DNA from: Candidatus Latescibacterota bacterium
Lineage (GTDB): Bacteria; Latescibacterota; UBA2968; GCA-2709665
Reading direction: 5' to 3'
Assembly: GCA_965237675.1 (NCBI GenBank)
Contig: OZ250150.1
Coordinates: 1,376,001-1,440,000 of the forward strand
DNA: 64,000 bases
Position numbers and translations under genes: made by a program. Positions 21,406 through 30,588 of this stretch are shown in pieces. Numbering within the stretch: the stretch's first letter is position 1; each line of letters opens with the position of its first letter. Under the pieces are notes generated by a model. It saw only the letters and a list, made by a program, of their open reading frames with translations. It searched no databases and had not been told where the DNA came from.

Positions 21406-22650
21406 TCATCTACCTCCGAATTCCGAAGCGAAGATCAGAAAATCGGGAAAATCGACCTCTCCATTGCCATTCAAATCGAATCTGGCATCAAACTCGCCGT
21501 CGCCGGCTGTCCTGCCAAAGCCGGAAACAAATGCCACGAAATCGCTGAAATCCACTTCGCAATCATCATTGAAATCCGCCGCGCTGCCGACAAACGCAAT
21601 ACTCGACGGCGGCAAGCCTGTACTGATCGGACCGGCCAGAAGTTCATCCGTATTCACGTCGTAGACCTTCACGCCGACGGAAGCCGGATCGCCGAAACTC
21701 CCCTGATCCAGAATATATAACCGCGTGCCGAATAGGCCCAGGCCGGGCACAAATCCGCCGGAAAGACCGTCCAGGCCCTGGGACACGGACTGCGTCGCCA
21801 GATCCAGCCGCTTGACGGTATTGACGAAATTTTCGTCGGTAACCACGGCATACCCCTCATTATCGGATGCCATCACCAGAGAACTCAGGTTGCCGCCCAC
21901 GGTCGCCTCATCAAGCACGATACCTTCGCTCCGCAAGTTCACCAGATCGATCACCTCAATGCCGCCGTCTGTCAAATCGGTGTACGAATTGACCGCACTC
22001 AAGAACCACTTGCTCCCTCGTTGGGCGGCGGCCCCGGGATTCTTGCCCGCCATTACAATCCCCTGTACGCCCTCGGTATCCGCATCCGCGTCCACCAATA
22101 GATCGGTCGTCACGTCAACAACAGCAATGGTCGAAAATTCAGCCGGCGCCCATCCATTATCCCTATCCAACCGTTGACACGCGGCGAATAAATGACTCCC
22201 GTATAAGGCCAGTTGAGAGACTTCCGGCAGGCCGTCCGCATCCGCGAATGTGGATAGATCGACCGCGCCCAACGAGTCACCGGTAACCGGATTTACGATG
22301 AGCATATGCGTTCGTTCATACAGTGAGATATACGCTTTCTCTACGCTGAAAAAGGCGATATCCTTCGGATTCGAACCATTGCCCGTCGAATACTGTATCA
22401 ACGGCGTCATTAGATCGCTACGATCCAACACGATCACATTATCCTGCGGCAGGCGATTGAGAATATACACCTTGTCGCGATACGTGCGCACAACCGCATC
22501 CGAATGAATCGTCAGATGATCGAGTGTTGCCGTATGTGTGGCAAGGTCCAGGCTCGAAAGACCGCCGCTGCTGTAATCCGTCGTGGTAATAACCGCCTGA
22601 TTTGCCAGTGCATCGGTTGCAAGAAACAGAACGAGCAGGAACCACCGCAT
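21406..22650 (-). CDS. Secreted beta-propeller (BtuG/YncE-like) with C-terminal double EF-hand/dockerin-like domain
   Basis: Signal peptide MRWFLLVLFLATDALA; NPKDIAF and KAYISLY; tail DFNDDCEVDFSDF...DLNGNGEVDFPDF. Confidence 0.65.
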   Translation of the reverse strand: MRWFLLVLFLATDALANQAVITTTDYSSGGLSSLDLATHTATLDHLTIHSDAVVRTYRDKVYILNRLPQDNVIVLDRSDLMTPLIQYSTGNGSNPKDIAFFSVEKAYISLYERTHMLIVNPVTGDSLGAVDLSTFADADGLPEVSQLALYGSHLFAACQRLDRDNGWAPAEFSTIAVVDVTTDLLVDADADTEGVQGIVMAGKNPGAAAQRGSKWFLSAVNSYTDLTDGGIEVIDLVNLRSEGIVLDEATVGGNLSSLVMASDNEGYAVVTDENFVNTVKRLDLATQSVSQGLDGLSGGFVPGLGLFGTRLYILDQGSFGDPASVGVKVYDVNTDELLAGPISTGLPPSSIAFVGSAADFNDDCEVDFSDFVAFVSGFGRTAGDGEFDARFDLNGNGEVDFPDFLIFASEFGGR

Positions 22651-22766
22651 TGCATTCTCCCCTCGGGTCAAGAATGAAACACAACTCCTATCTGAATCAC
22701 GATTTGCCTGACGATACGGCGCGAAGCCGGGGAGTGTACACCCTGCGGCCCTTGTTTTCTTTGCAT

Positions 22767-24962
22767 TCAATCCGTGTTCACGCTTACAAAAAACGCACGC
22801 CCGGGAAGTGGATAACCCCAGGTATCGGCGATTTGCGCCCCGAACATATTCTTGGCCTCCAATCCGATTTGAAACCGCTGCCCGGTATCCACTTTCACGC
22901 CCGCACTGTGAATGTGGCGCGCCGATAGCGGGCGTCGATTCGCCTGGTCGAGAAAGCTGCCGTCCTCCAGGCTGTAGTCGTAAGCCACGGTACAGCGTCC
23001 CAGTCGCGCTGTCACACGGGCAAACAGCGCGTGGGGCGGGCGATTGGGCAGAACGTTGCCGTTCAAATACGGAATTTCCGATCGGTCTCTGGCATCTTGA
23101 AATGTGTAATTTCCGGAAACGTCGAAGTGACGGCCAAAGCGTCTTTGCGCGGTCATTTCGAGCCCGTACACCCGCGCTCTGCCAATGTTGACGGGGCGCG
23201 ACGTGGCCTGCGACGTGTGGACAAACTGAATCAGATCTTCATAGCGATGATCAAAAAACGCCACTTCCAACGTGGTTGTCCCATCCGAATAACGCAGGCC
23301 CCCATCCCACGCGAATCCGTATTCGGGCCGGAGATTGACGTTGCCCACCACACCGCCGCGGTCGCCGAAAAGCTCGAAGAAGGATGGCACCCGGAACACA
23401 CGCCCCGCATTGGCCTTGAACGCCAGGTGCGATGCCAGGTCCAGACGCACGCCCGAGCGCACACTGGTGAGATTGCGCGTATTTGAGGAATCGGGCGCGA
23501 GCGGCGAAAAAGCGAAGGGATTGGCGCCCGTAAACGAACTGTGTATCCGGCGTTGTTCGGCGGTCAACGACCACACGCCGATTTGTCCCGGCAAGGAAAC
23601 ATCAACGCCCGCGCGCGCGGAAAGGATCCATCTCCGGCTATCGAATAGATTGGAGATGGTTCGGATGCGCGTTGTGGGGAAATAAGCCTCGCGGTGCAAG
23701 CCGACCACTGCCGAGATATCGCTGTGCGAAGACAAAACGGTTTGCAAACGGCCCCGCCATCCATAGGTGCGCGTGCGATAATCGTTGTCCTGCCTGCCAA
23801 TCCCAACTTCGCCATCGAGATCTCGGAACCGCTCCCTGGTCCGGGTGACATAGAGCGATTGGCGCGTACTCATTCCTGGGGAAAGCGCTCGGTCTTCATA
23901 CGTGATTTCGGTCATCGTCCGGAAGGCATCCAATTGTGCATTCCGTGACTGATTGTTGCTGATTCCGGGCATGCCCTGGTATTTCCAGTACGCCGTTTCG
24001 TGGATGGATAGATTGCTATTGTCCCCGAGAGCGCGACGCCATTTGCCCAGTAGATTGAGGGATCGGTGGTCGTTGTTCCGGCGCTTGCTCCAGGCGTCGT
24101 CATCGGCATTGTATTCGGTTCCGTTGTCGTCCAGAAACCCGAAGTCGTTATCGCTTTGCGCGTAGTCGGCCACAACGAGAAACTCCGACTGCCCGAGCCC
24201 GCCCGCGAGCACACCACTTAGCAACCGCGTATCAAAAGCCCCCCACGAACCTCGAATGCCATGTCGCCATCGTCTTTGCGTCGGACGGGTGCGCACGTGC
24301 ACCGTGCCGCCCAGTCCATTGCCGCCTGCGCCCGCGCCGCGATACACCTCGATCTGCCCGACGTGCGCCAGCGGCAAACTGCCGAGGTCCACGCCTCCGC
24401 CAAAAGCGGCGTTCAACAGAATGCCGTCGAGATAGACCTCAACCTGATCGGCGGATGAACCCCGCAGAGAAAGCGTGCTGAACGCGCCCAACCCGCCCAG
24501 GCGCTTGACGTGTACACCCGTGGCTTCGGCCAATACATCGGGCAGCGTGGTTTCTCTACCCTCGAAACTCTCTCGCGTAATCACGGTGGCATAAGCCGGA
24601 TTCCTGTGAACGTCGCCGGCCCCCATGGGATCGGCGATCACCGAGAATTCACCGAGAGGAAACGTCCTGGGAGACAGCCGGACAGAAACGTCGGTCTTTC
24701 CTTTCACGCGGACCGTGCGTTGCCCGGACAGGTAGGCGATATGCGTTATGGCGAGCGTATAGGTACCGGCCTTCAGATCGTAAAAAGCGAAATGACCGCG
24801 GTCATCCGTCATTGTCGCAAGATCGTCGTTGAGAACGCGAACACGCGCATTGGCGATGGGCATTCGCGTCTCCGTATCGGTGACGCGGCCGGCAATCTCC
24901 GCCGCCTGAAGCGGCGTGTTTGCGAAGAGAATCAGGAAGATCACGAGTCGTATTATTAGCAT
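22767..24962 (-). CDS. btuB: TonB-dependent receptor, probable BtuB
   Basis: CarboxypepD-like N-terminus; plug LSLRGSS...VYLDG; C-terminal GYPLPGR; downstream of B12 riboswitch. Confidence 0.8.
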   Translation of the reverse strand: MLIIRLVIFLILFANTPLQAAEIAGRVTDTETRMPIANARVRVLNDDLATMTDDRGHFAFYDLKAGTYTLAITHIAYLSGQRTVRVKGKTDVSVRLSPRTFPLGEFSVIADPMGAGDVHRNPAYATVITRESFEGRETTLPDVLAEATGVHVKRLGGLGAFSTLSLRGSSADQVEVYLDGILLNAAFGGGVDLGSLPLAHVGQIEVYRGAGAGGNGLGGTVHVRTRPTQRRWRHGIRGSWGAFDTRLLSGVLAGGLGQSEFLVVADYAQSDNDFGFLDDNGTEYNADDDAWSKRRNNDHRSLNLLGKWRRALGDNSNLSIHETAYWKYQGMPGISNNQSRNAQLDAFRTMTEITYEDRALSPGMSTRQSLYVTRTRERFRDLDGEVGIGRQDNDYRTRTYGWRGRLQTVLSSHSDISAVVGLHREAYFPTTRIRTISNLFDSRRWILSARAGVDVSLPGQIGVWSLTAEQRRIHSSFTGANPFAFSPLAPDSSNTRNLTSVRSGVRLDLASHLAFKANAGRVFRVPSFFELFGDRGGVVGNVNLRPEYGFAWDGGLRYSDGTTTLEVAFFDHRYEDLIQFVHTSQATSRPVNIGRARVYGLEMTAQRRFGRHFDVSGNYTFQDARDRSEIPYLNGNVLPNRPPHALFARVTARLGRCTVAYDYSLEDGSFLDQANRRPLSARHIHSAGVKVDTGQRFQIGLEAKNMFGAQIADTWGYPLPGRAFFVSVNTD

Positions 24963-24965
24963 GGG

Positions 24966-26108
24966 CTATGGATCCAGCTTCCGATAGTATTTGAGTTGGT
25001 GATCCGACAGCAGGTTCGGGTGCAGGATTTCGATGAGATCAGCCAGCAGAACGTCCGGTTCGATCAGGCCCGTTTCCCAATAGTCGTTTCCGCCGTTTGC
25101 ATTGAGCCTCGCATTGGCATTGAAGACTTTCCCCGTTTTGACCGCCCCGAATTTCCCGTAACGCTCGTCCTCGGCCACGACGTCGTTACGACAACGCCAC
25201 TCATTTCTCATCGTGATCCAGAATTCGGCATCGTGGGCTTTTTCGTAGACCGCTTCGAAATCGAGCGACAGACTCCGTTGCGATTCATTGTCTGACCACA
25301 AATAATCCGCTCCCGCGTCCTCGAGCAATTGCGCGGCATATGTTTTTCCGCCCGACATGAACCAGGTCCCGCGCCAGAGGGACCCTACAAAGACGGTGGG
25401 TTTTTTGTCCGCCGGCAGATTCCGCGTCAACGCCTTGCGCGCATTGTACCTGACCACAATACTGTCGAACCGTGCGGCGGCCAATGCCTCCTTATTGAAA
25501 AAAGCACCCATGAATTTGAGCCACTCCACGCGTCCCAGCAGCGTCGGTTCGGCATAGGCGGCATTCACCACGGCGGTCACCCCCGCCTGCCGGAGCGAGG
25601 GAAACGCGTTGTCCTGCGTTGGCGCGTCGATGATGACGATATCGGGTTGGAGCATGAGAACTTGCTCCGTATCGATGGACCTGCCCCTTCCGACTTCCGA
25701 TATCCTGCCTTCTGCAAAACGTTGTCTGACGGCTTCCGAATTGACGAATTTGACGTTGTCGACCGCAACGAGGCTTTGAACCTCATCCAGCTTTTCGATA
25801 TGCGGCAGGTGCGTCGTGGATGTGGTTATCAGAGCCCGCACGGGAATCCGTATCCTCGGAACGCCTCCATAGCCATCGGGCGATTTCCGGCCGCGCTGTA
25901 CCAGGACGTACCGAAGCGTATCCCGAGTTCCGGATCCCGGCTCCAGGACGGTCACGACCTTGTACCCATCGAAGTAGTCAACGCGAAATCCCTCCGCATA
26001 TTGCAGAGGCATTTGCGCGCAGATAGGCATCGCCGCACCCCAGATCCCGACGCAACAGACCAAGCGTGTCCAAAACCTGATATTCAACACGACGAAAACC
26101 TCCGGCAA
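24966..26108 (-). CDS. btuF: Periplasmic cobalamin-binding protein (BtuF-like)
   Basis: YAEGFRVDY, EWLKF, GGNDYWETG...PDVLLADL. Confidence 0.8.
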   Translation of the reverse strand: MPEVFVVLNIRFWTRLVCCVGIWGAAMPICAQMPLQYAEGFRVDYFDGYKVVTVLEPGSGTRDTLRYVLVQRGRKSPDGYGGVPRIRIPVRALITTSTTHLPHIEKLDEVQSLVAVDNVKFVNSEAVRQRFAEGRISEVGRGRSIDTEQVLMLQPDIVIIDAPTQDNAFPSLRQAGVTAVVNAAYAEPTLLGRVEWLKFMGAFFNKEALAAARFDSIVVRYNARKALTRNLPADKKPTVFVGSLWRGTWFMSGGKTYAAQLLEDAGADYLWSDNESQRSLSLDFEAVYEKAHDAEFWITMRNEWRCRNDVVAEDERYGKFGAVKTGKVFNANARLNANGGNDYWETGLIEPDVLLADLIEILHPNLLSDHQLKYYRKLDP

Positions 26109-26323
26109 TCAGCGGTCAGCTTTCAGCAGTCAGCTCTCAGCAAAACAGCCAACAGCGATCAGCTAAATCCGGTTTACGAAACGGCCTGGCGAAGTCGATC
26201 AACGATTTCCGCGCCGCGATGTGGGCAACCACAAGGGTTGCCCCTACAGATGCAATCACGGCGCATACATTGCCCTTGACGTTTCGTTTCAAGCTGTTTG
26301 CTGACCGCTTATAGCTGATTGCT

Positions 26324-26362
26324 AAAGAAAATCCCCGACTTCCTTGCGGAAATCAGGGTGAT
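26324..26362 (-). terminator. Riboswitch expression-platform terminator
   Basis: Minus strand ATCACCCTGATTTCC-GCAA-GGAAGTCGGGGAT followed by a T-rich tract. Confidence 0.6.
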
Positions 26363-26434
26363 TGCCAACCACGTGGCGGAAACACACGTTTATGTCACCT
26401 TTTCCCAAATCCGCGAGGAAACTTAATCAGGTCT

Positions 26435-26590
26435 GGGATTCAGGCAGGTCTTCTGGCTCCTGGATCAACTGTTTCCCGCGCCTTCCCGGTTTCTGACCAG
26501 TGGCGTCTTTGCGGGAAACATCCCCAGTTACAGCGGCGGGACCGCAACGGATTTTCACCGTTTTCCCTGTTTTGTAACCTGAATCCGGAA
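26435..26590 (-). ncRNA. Cobalamin (AdoCbl) riboswitch
   Basis: Minus strand AGGGAAAACGGTGAAAATCCGTTGCGGTCCCGCCGCTGTAA...GCCACTG...GGGAAGGC...AGCCAGAAGACCTGCC (B12 box). Confidence 0.95.
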
Positions 26591-26745
26591 TTACTATGTG
26601 AATGCTGCTTTATTTAAATCTGAAAAGTCCTCCACTGAATGACCATTGTGGCGAATCGTGAGCCGACCCAACGTTGGCGACCCGTAGTCTGTGGATACGA
26701 AATATAAGCCGCTGATTCTGAAACATCAAGAACTTTGTTTTTCAG

Positions 26746-27363
26746 TCAACCGCCCCAGGCTTCGATGAACCCGAGATACTCAGGAACAGGCATCATATCC
26801 AGATCTTTGCCCCTGAAGCCCTCGGCCTCCCTCTCGTGATAGAAGTTGGCCATAAACTCATTGAATTGTTCCCATATCACTGTACCGCTCGGAACCCCAT
26901 TGATGCCGACCTCAACAAACCAGTTACGTACTTGACGGATCAGTTCTTCAGGCTCATCACGGTGGCGTTTAATGTCGGAGTTCGAGAGATCAGACAGTGC
27001 CTTTTGGTACTCGTACTGTTCAGTCTCCAAAATCAAACATCGCTTTTGACTCATTAAGCCACGAGAGAAGACCCGGCAACCGATGTCGAGACCCAGTTCG
27101 AAGGGCATATTCATCCTGTGGATTTCGCCCTCGAATGACGCTCGCATCCTTGACAGATCATGCACACTGTATTTGGATTCACGTACCAAATCACATATTC
27201 GATGGATCCTCGCAACTCCGGAGTCAAAAATCTCCGATGCAATTCTCACCGTCAGGCCTGCACGAACAGCACTGAACAGGAGAGGTCTCAGTAGGGGAGT
27301 GTAATCGTCATCAAAAGGACAGTTGATGAAGACGTTGGAATGGAAATCCCCCCGGCTGTTCAC
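26746..27363 (-). CDS. Hypothetical protein, TIR/nucleoside-deoxyribosyltransferase-like fold suspected
   Basis: VFINCPFD...SVHDLS...NMPFELG pattern. Confidence 0.55.
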   Translation of the reverse strand: MNSRGDFHSNVFINCPFDDDYTPLLRPLLFSAVRAGLTVRIASEIFDSGVARIHRICDLVRESKYSVHDLSRMRASFEGEIHRMNMPFELGLDIGCRVFSRGLMSQKRCLILETEQYEYQKALSDLSNSDIKRHRDEPEELIRQVRNWFVEVGINGVPSGTVIWEQFNEFMANFYHEREAEGFRGKDLDMMPVPEYLGFIEAWGG

Positions 27364-27575
27364 TTAGCCCTTATCCATTTTTGTACCGATCCATCTCGTC
27401 TATGGATGACAACATCACTGCCTTTCGATATTTCGCTAGCACCTTTTTCGGCAGCAGATTTGGTGCCGAAAATTCTTGACGCTCTGGAATTTCCTTCCTT
27501 CTTGACTGCCCAACGATCTTTTCTTGAGATGACATGAACTCTCGAACCTTTAGTCGCCTGTGACTTTCTTGACAT
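27360..27575 (-). CDS. DUF2188 family protein
   Basis: HVI...WAVKKEG..RAS..F.TK..A...VVIHRRDG; RBS GGAGGT; overlaps next gene. Confidence 0.75.
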   Translation of the reverse strand: MSRKSQATKGSRVHVISRKDRWAVKKEGNSRASRIFGTKSAAEKGASEISKGSDVVIHRRDGSVQKWIRAK

Positions 27576-27832
27576 GGCACCTCCTTTCTCACCGAGCTAG
27601 TAGAACCGTTGGCACATGGAATTATACCTACAAAGGAAGGCGACGGCAAGAGCGTTGGCGACTTCAGGGCCGAAAATGTGTCCAGATCCACAAACTCAAA
27701 TGATGTCGGCCGTAGAGCCGCTCCCTGAGCCTGTCGATGGGTCGAATAGCGTCAAAGGGTAGGCGACGGGCTTTAAAACGCAGCCGGAACGGTTTGTCAG
27801 ATGAAATTTTCGCAAGTTCAGGCTTGCTATGT

Positions 27833-28357
27833 TCAGACAGAATTGTACGTCAACTCCCAATGCTTCTCTCCCGGCCACTCCCGGTACTGGATGTCCGTTC
27901 CGAAGCCACTCAACGTGGCAACGAGTTCCTGTTCTGTCGGGAAATTCTTCACGATGTCGTATTCCCGCCCATCCGAGAGAACCCGCCGCTCGATGGTATC
28001 GCCGTTGGAATCTTGGTGCCGTTGTGTGGCCATTCCGTCAACTCTGGGAACGTCATATTCGAGCTGGTCCGAAAACAGCACCAGCGCTCCGGGGATCAAC
28101 CTGCGGTGAAGCGATTGCAGAAACTCCCGCACGCGGGACCTGGGAATGTGCGACCACCACCAGACGGCGAATGCTGCCGGGAATGCGCCGGCCTCGGGGC
28201 CGAGGGAATACGCGTCTGCAAGACGGAATCTCACATGGGGGAGACGTTCACACCTCGATTGAGCCCGGGAGATCATCTCCGGGTTCACGTCGATTCCGAC
28301 AACCGACTTTGCAGTTTCCGCAAGGACCTCCGTCCAGTATCCGGTTCCACAGGCAAT
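27833..28357 (-). pseudogene. 3' part of class I SAM methyltransferase (duplicate of 37389-38084)
   Basis: High nucleotide similarity to 37390-37915; homology begins at the IACGTG motif; 5' part replaced by IS remnant. Confidence 0.8.
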
Positions 28358-28657
28358 CTGAAAGACACGCTGTTTGACCAGGTCCACCGTCGCATGATCG
28401 ACATAACTTGGATGCCGACGGTCGGTTAACGCCGCTACGATGCCACACAAAATGCCGATTTTGGACTCCACCTCACGAAGCAACAACGCCCCACTGTCGC
28501 TGGTCAGGATGCCCCATCGAAGGCGGCTTCCAGCCTTTTGCCAAAAAGACTTGCGAAATGGATTCTTTGATGATTGTCTTGAGCTCCCACGGTAATTTCC
28601 TCCAAGTTCATTGTTATCGATTATTTGTGTAACCAGTATACAATGACTTGGGTTAGG
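28358..28657 (-). mobile_element. IS1380-family remnant (left end and frameshifted transposase N-terminus)
   Basis: LEAAFDG/GILTSDSGALLLRE...DRRHPSYVDH...QRVFQIACG, typical of DDE_Tnp_1_4 N-termini. Confidence 0.75.
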
Positions 28658-28660
28658 AAA

Positions 28661-29566
28661 TTACCTCTTTTGTGAATTAACCAGGCTTGAGGTGTCCAGT
28701 CTGTTGAGTTGTCTGCCAAGTCGCTTTGCCAGCGCAGGGAACTCGCTGCCGAATAGGATATAGCCTTTCCGAGTTACTGACTGCCCCGGTGCAATATCAC
28801 CAAAAAGAGGTCTGCTATGCAGACAATGATGCCCGTCAGCGTTCTGAAAAGCCGAAGTTGCACACTCATATCCGAGCGCTATTGCCTTAGACCTATCATG
28901 AGAAACGGCACCCAGGATGGCCGGACGATCTATGGCCGTGTTGCTTCTTCCCCAGAACCATGCTGACCTGTTGACCCATTCTTTTTCGTATTCCATAAGA
29001 TCTGCCTGATACATGGTCCGAATATCCATAGTTCTGTGAAGATCGCCCATGCTCTCCGGCTTACCTTTCACCAGGATGTAGGATCGTTTGACTTCATTTT
29101 GATCCAGGAAATCAGATGACTTTGCCTGGAGACATCCACCATCAGAAACGACGTCATAAAATCCTGCGGATGACTGATTCGTGAGGGTCAACGTCAATTC
29201 TACTCTGTCCTCGAGTCCGGACAACGCTGCTTGGAGAATAAGACCTGTTATGAAGTTGTGTCGAATGACCTTCCCTGAGGGATCCTTTTGACGGTACGCC
29301 AACTGCTCTTTGATGTACTCAGGAGTTGTTTGCCATTCGTATGCCCACGCATTGTCTCCTGTCTTGGTCCATTGAGGGCAGATCTTCTGCCACATCATCG
29401 TCACGCCATTCATCGACGTGATGACTTCTGGAAACTGGAGGGACCACTTCAGATCCCAGTCCAGGTGATGAATATCAACGAATCGCGTTTTGGTAGGCCG
29501 TACTCGTATCACTTTTCTCTTCCCTTCTGCATGAACCACGACAAAATGTCGTAGATCTCCGCTCAT
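28661..29566 (-). CDS. Hypothetical protein (cassette-like, lower GC)
   Basis: Long ORF downstream of attC-like site 1; start uncertain. Confidence 0.55.
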   Translation of the reverse strand: MSGDLRHFVVVHAEGKRKVIRVRPTKTRFVDIHHLDWDLKWSLQFPEVITSMNGVTMMWQKICPQWTKTGDNAWAYEWQTTPEYIKEQLAYRQKDPSGKVIRHNFITGLILQAALSGLEDRVELTLTLTNQSSAGFYDVVSDGGCLQAKSSDFLDQNEVKRSYILVKGKPESMGDLHRTMDIRTMYQADLMEYEKEWVNRSAWFWGRSNTAIDRPAILGAVSHDRSKAIALGYECATSAFQNADGHHCLHSRPLFGDIAPGQSVTRKGYILFGSEFPALAKRLGRQLNRLDTSSLVNSQKR

Positions 29567-29617
29567 TCTGGAGTACACCAACTCTACGACTCGCTCATCA
29601 TCCCTGGGCTGCCGTGC

Positions 29618-29703
29618 TGCAAACGTTCCCGCGGTGCGCGAACTACCAAAGGCAGTTGCGCGAAGGGCCGAATGGTCTGAGCCGAACACGGTCGTGTTAC
29701 ACG
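29618..29703 (-). mobile_element. attC-like site 1 (degenerate)
   Basis: Homologous to sites 3 and 5; GTTACACG at 29696 is the reverse complement of CGTGTAAC at 30339. Confidence 0.7.
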
Positions 29704-29739
29704 TTGCCGTGGCCGGGTGGACGCGACACGACCTCGATA

Positions 29740-30282
29740 GCCAGAAGGTCGTCAATCTGGTCGGCATTCAGACGTTCGTTAAGTTCCCAGAGTGCGATTC
29801 GGTTGCTTTCCCATGTGTGAGTAGCCTTATGGCTTCCCCAAAAGACAACCAGCTCACTTTGTCATGTTCATGGGACAAATCAAGTTCCTGACCGCGTACA
29901 TCAACCGCAAACGAGTATTCCGGCACGACAAAGATGTCCCTGGGCCAGTGTTCTGTTGGTGAGAACGCCGTCCTGGGGACGGATGCACGAGAATCCAGCC
30001 GGAAGAAACGTGCCCCCTGTGGAATGCCTCCCTCCTCGTCAGGACGTTCCCTAGTGAGACGAGCTGCGTTCCAAGCTCAAAGAAGCGCCCGACCGACCAG
30101 GGATCCGGTACCATGACCATGTGGATGTCCAAGTCAGGCCATACCATCGTGTTCATTTCGTAGCTACCCCGGTACCAGACATCTCCGAAAGAGCTTAGGA
30201 CTCTACCAAGTCCGTAATCGGAGATTAGGACATTCGCCTCTGCTTTTAAGTTTTCCGCTACCTTGAGCGGCTCATCTGCCAT
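29740..30282 (-). pseudogene. Cassette remnant: nucleotidyltransferase-like N-terminus fused to NUDIX hydrolase C-terminus
   Basis: GSYEMNTMVWPDLDI, then in other frames EEGGI...LSHEHDKVSWLSFGEA...SNRIALWELNERL. Confidence 0.6.
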
Positions 30283-30338
30283 TGACCGTGTCCTTGAGTG
30301 TCTACCAAGGGTCAGGTGGTGATGTCGGGTTCTGCTGG

Positions 30339-30431
30339 CGTGTAACGTGCTCACTATTTACGACCCCGCGTATGCGGGGTGCCGGATGGCCAAGGGGCGT
30401 ATGCCCCGCAGCGTAAATGGGGTGTTATCGG
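30339..30431 (-). mobile_element. attC-like site 2
   Basis: TAAC...ATTTACG/CGTAAAT stem with two internal hairpins...GTTATCGG. Confidence 0.85.
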
Positions 30432-30588
30432 TAGTAGATTATAGACTTGGTGCTTACCGTTTTCTTGAGTGGATGAATAACGCCGTCGGTAATCCTTTTG
30501 CCAGGGCGTCAGCGGGGGCGACTGGGTGGGCAGCCCGACGCTTTTGAATTTCCTATACTTTTCTCGCGATATAGATCGCCAAAGGTCA

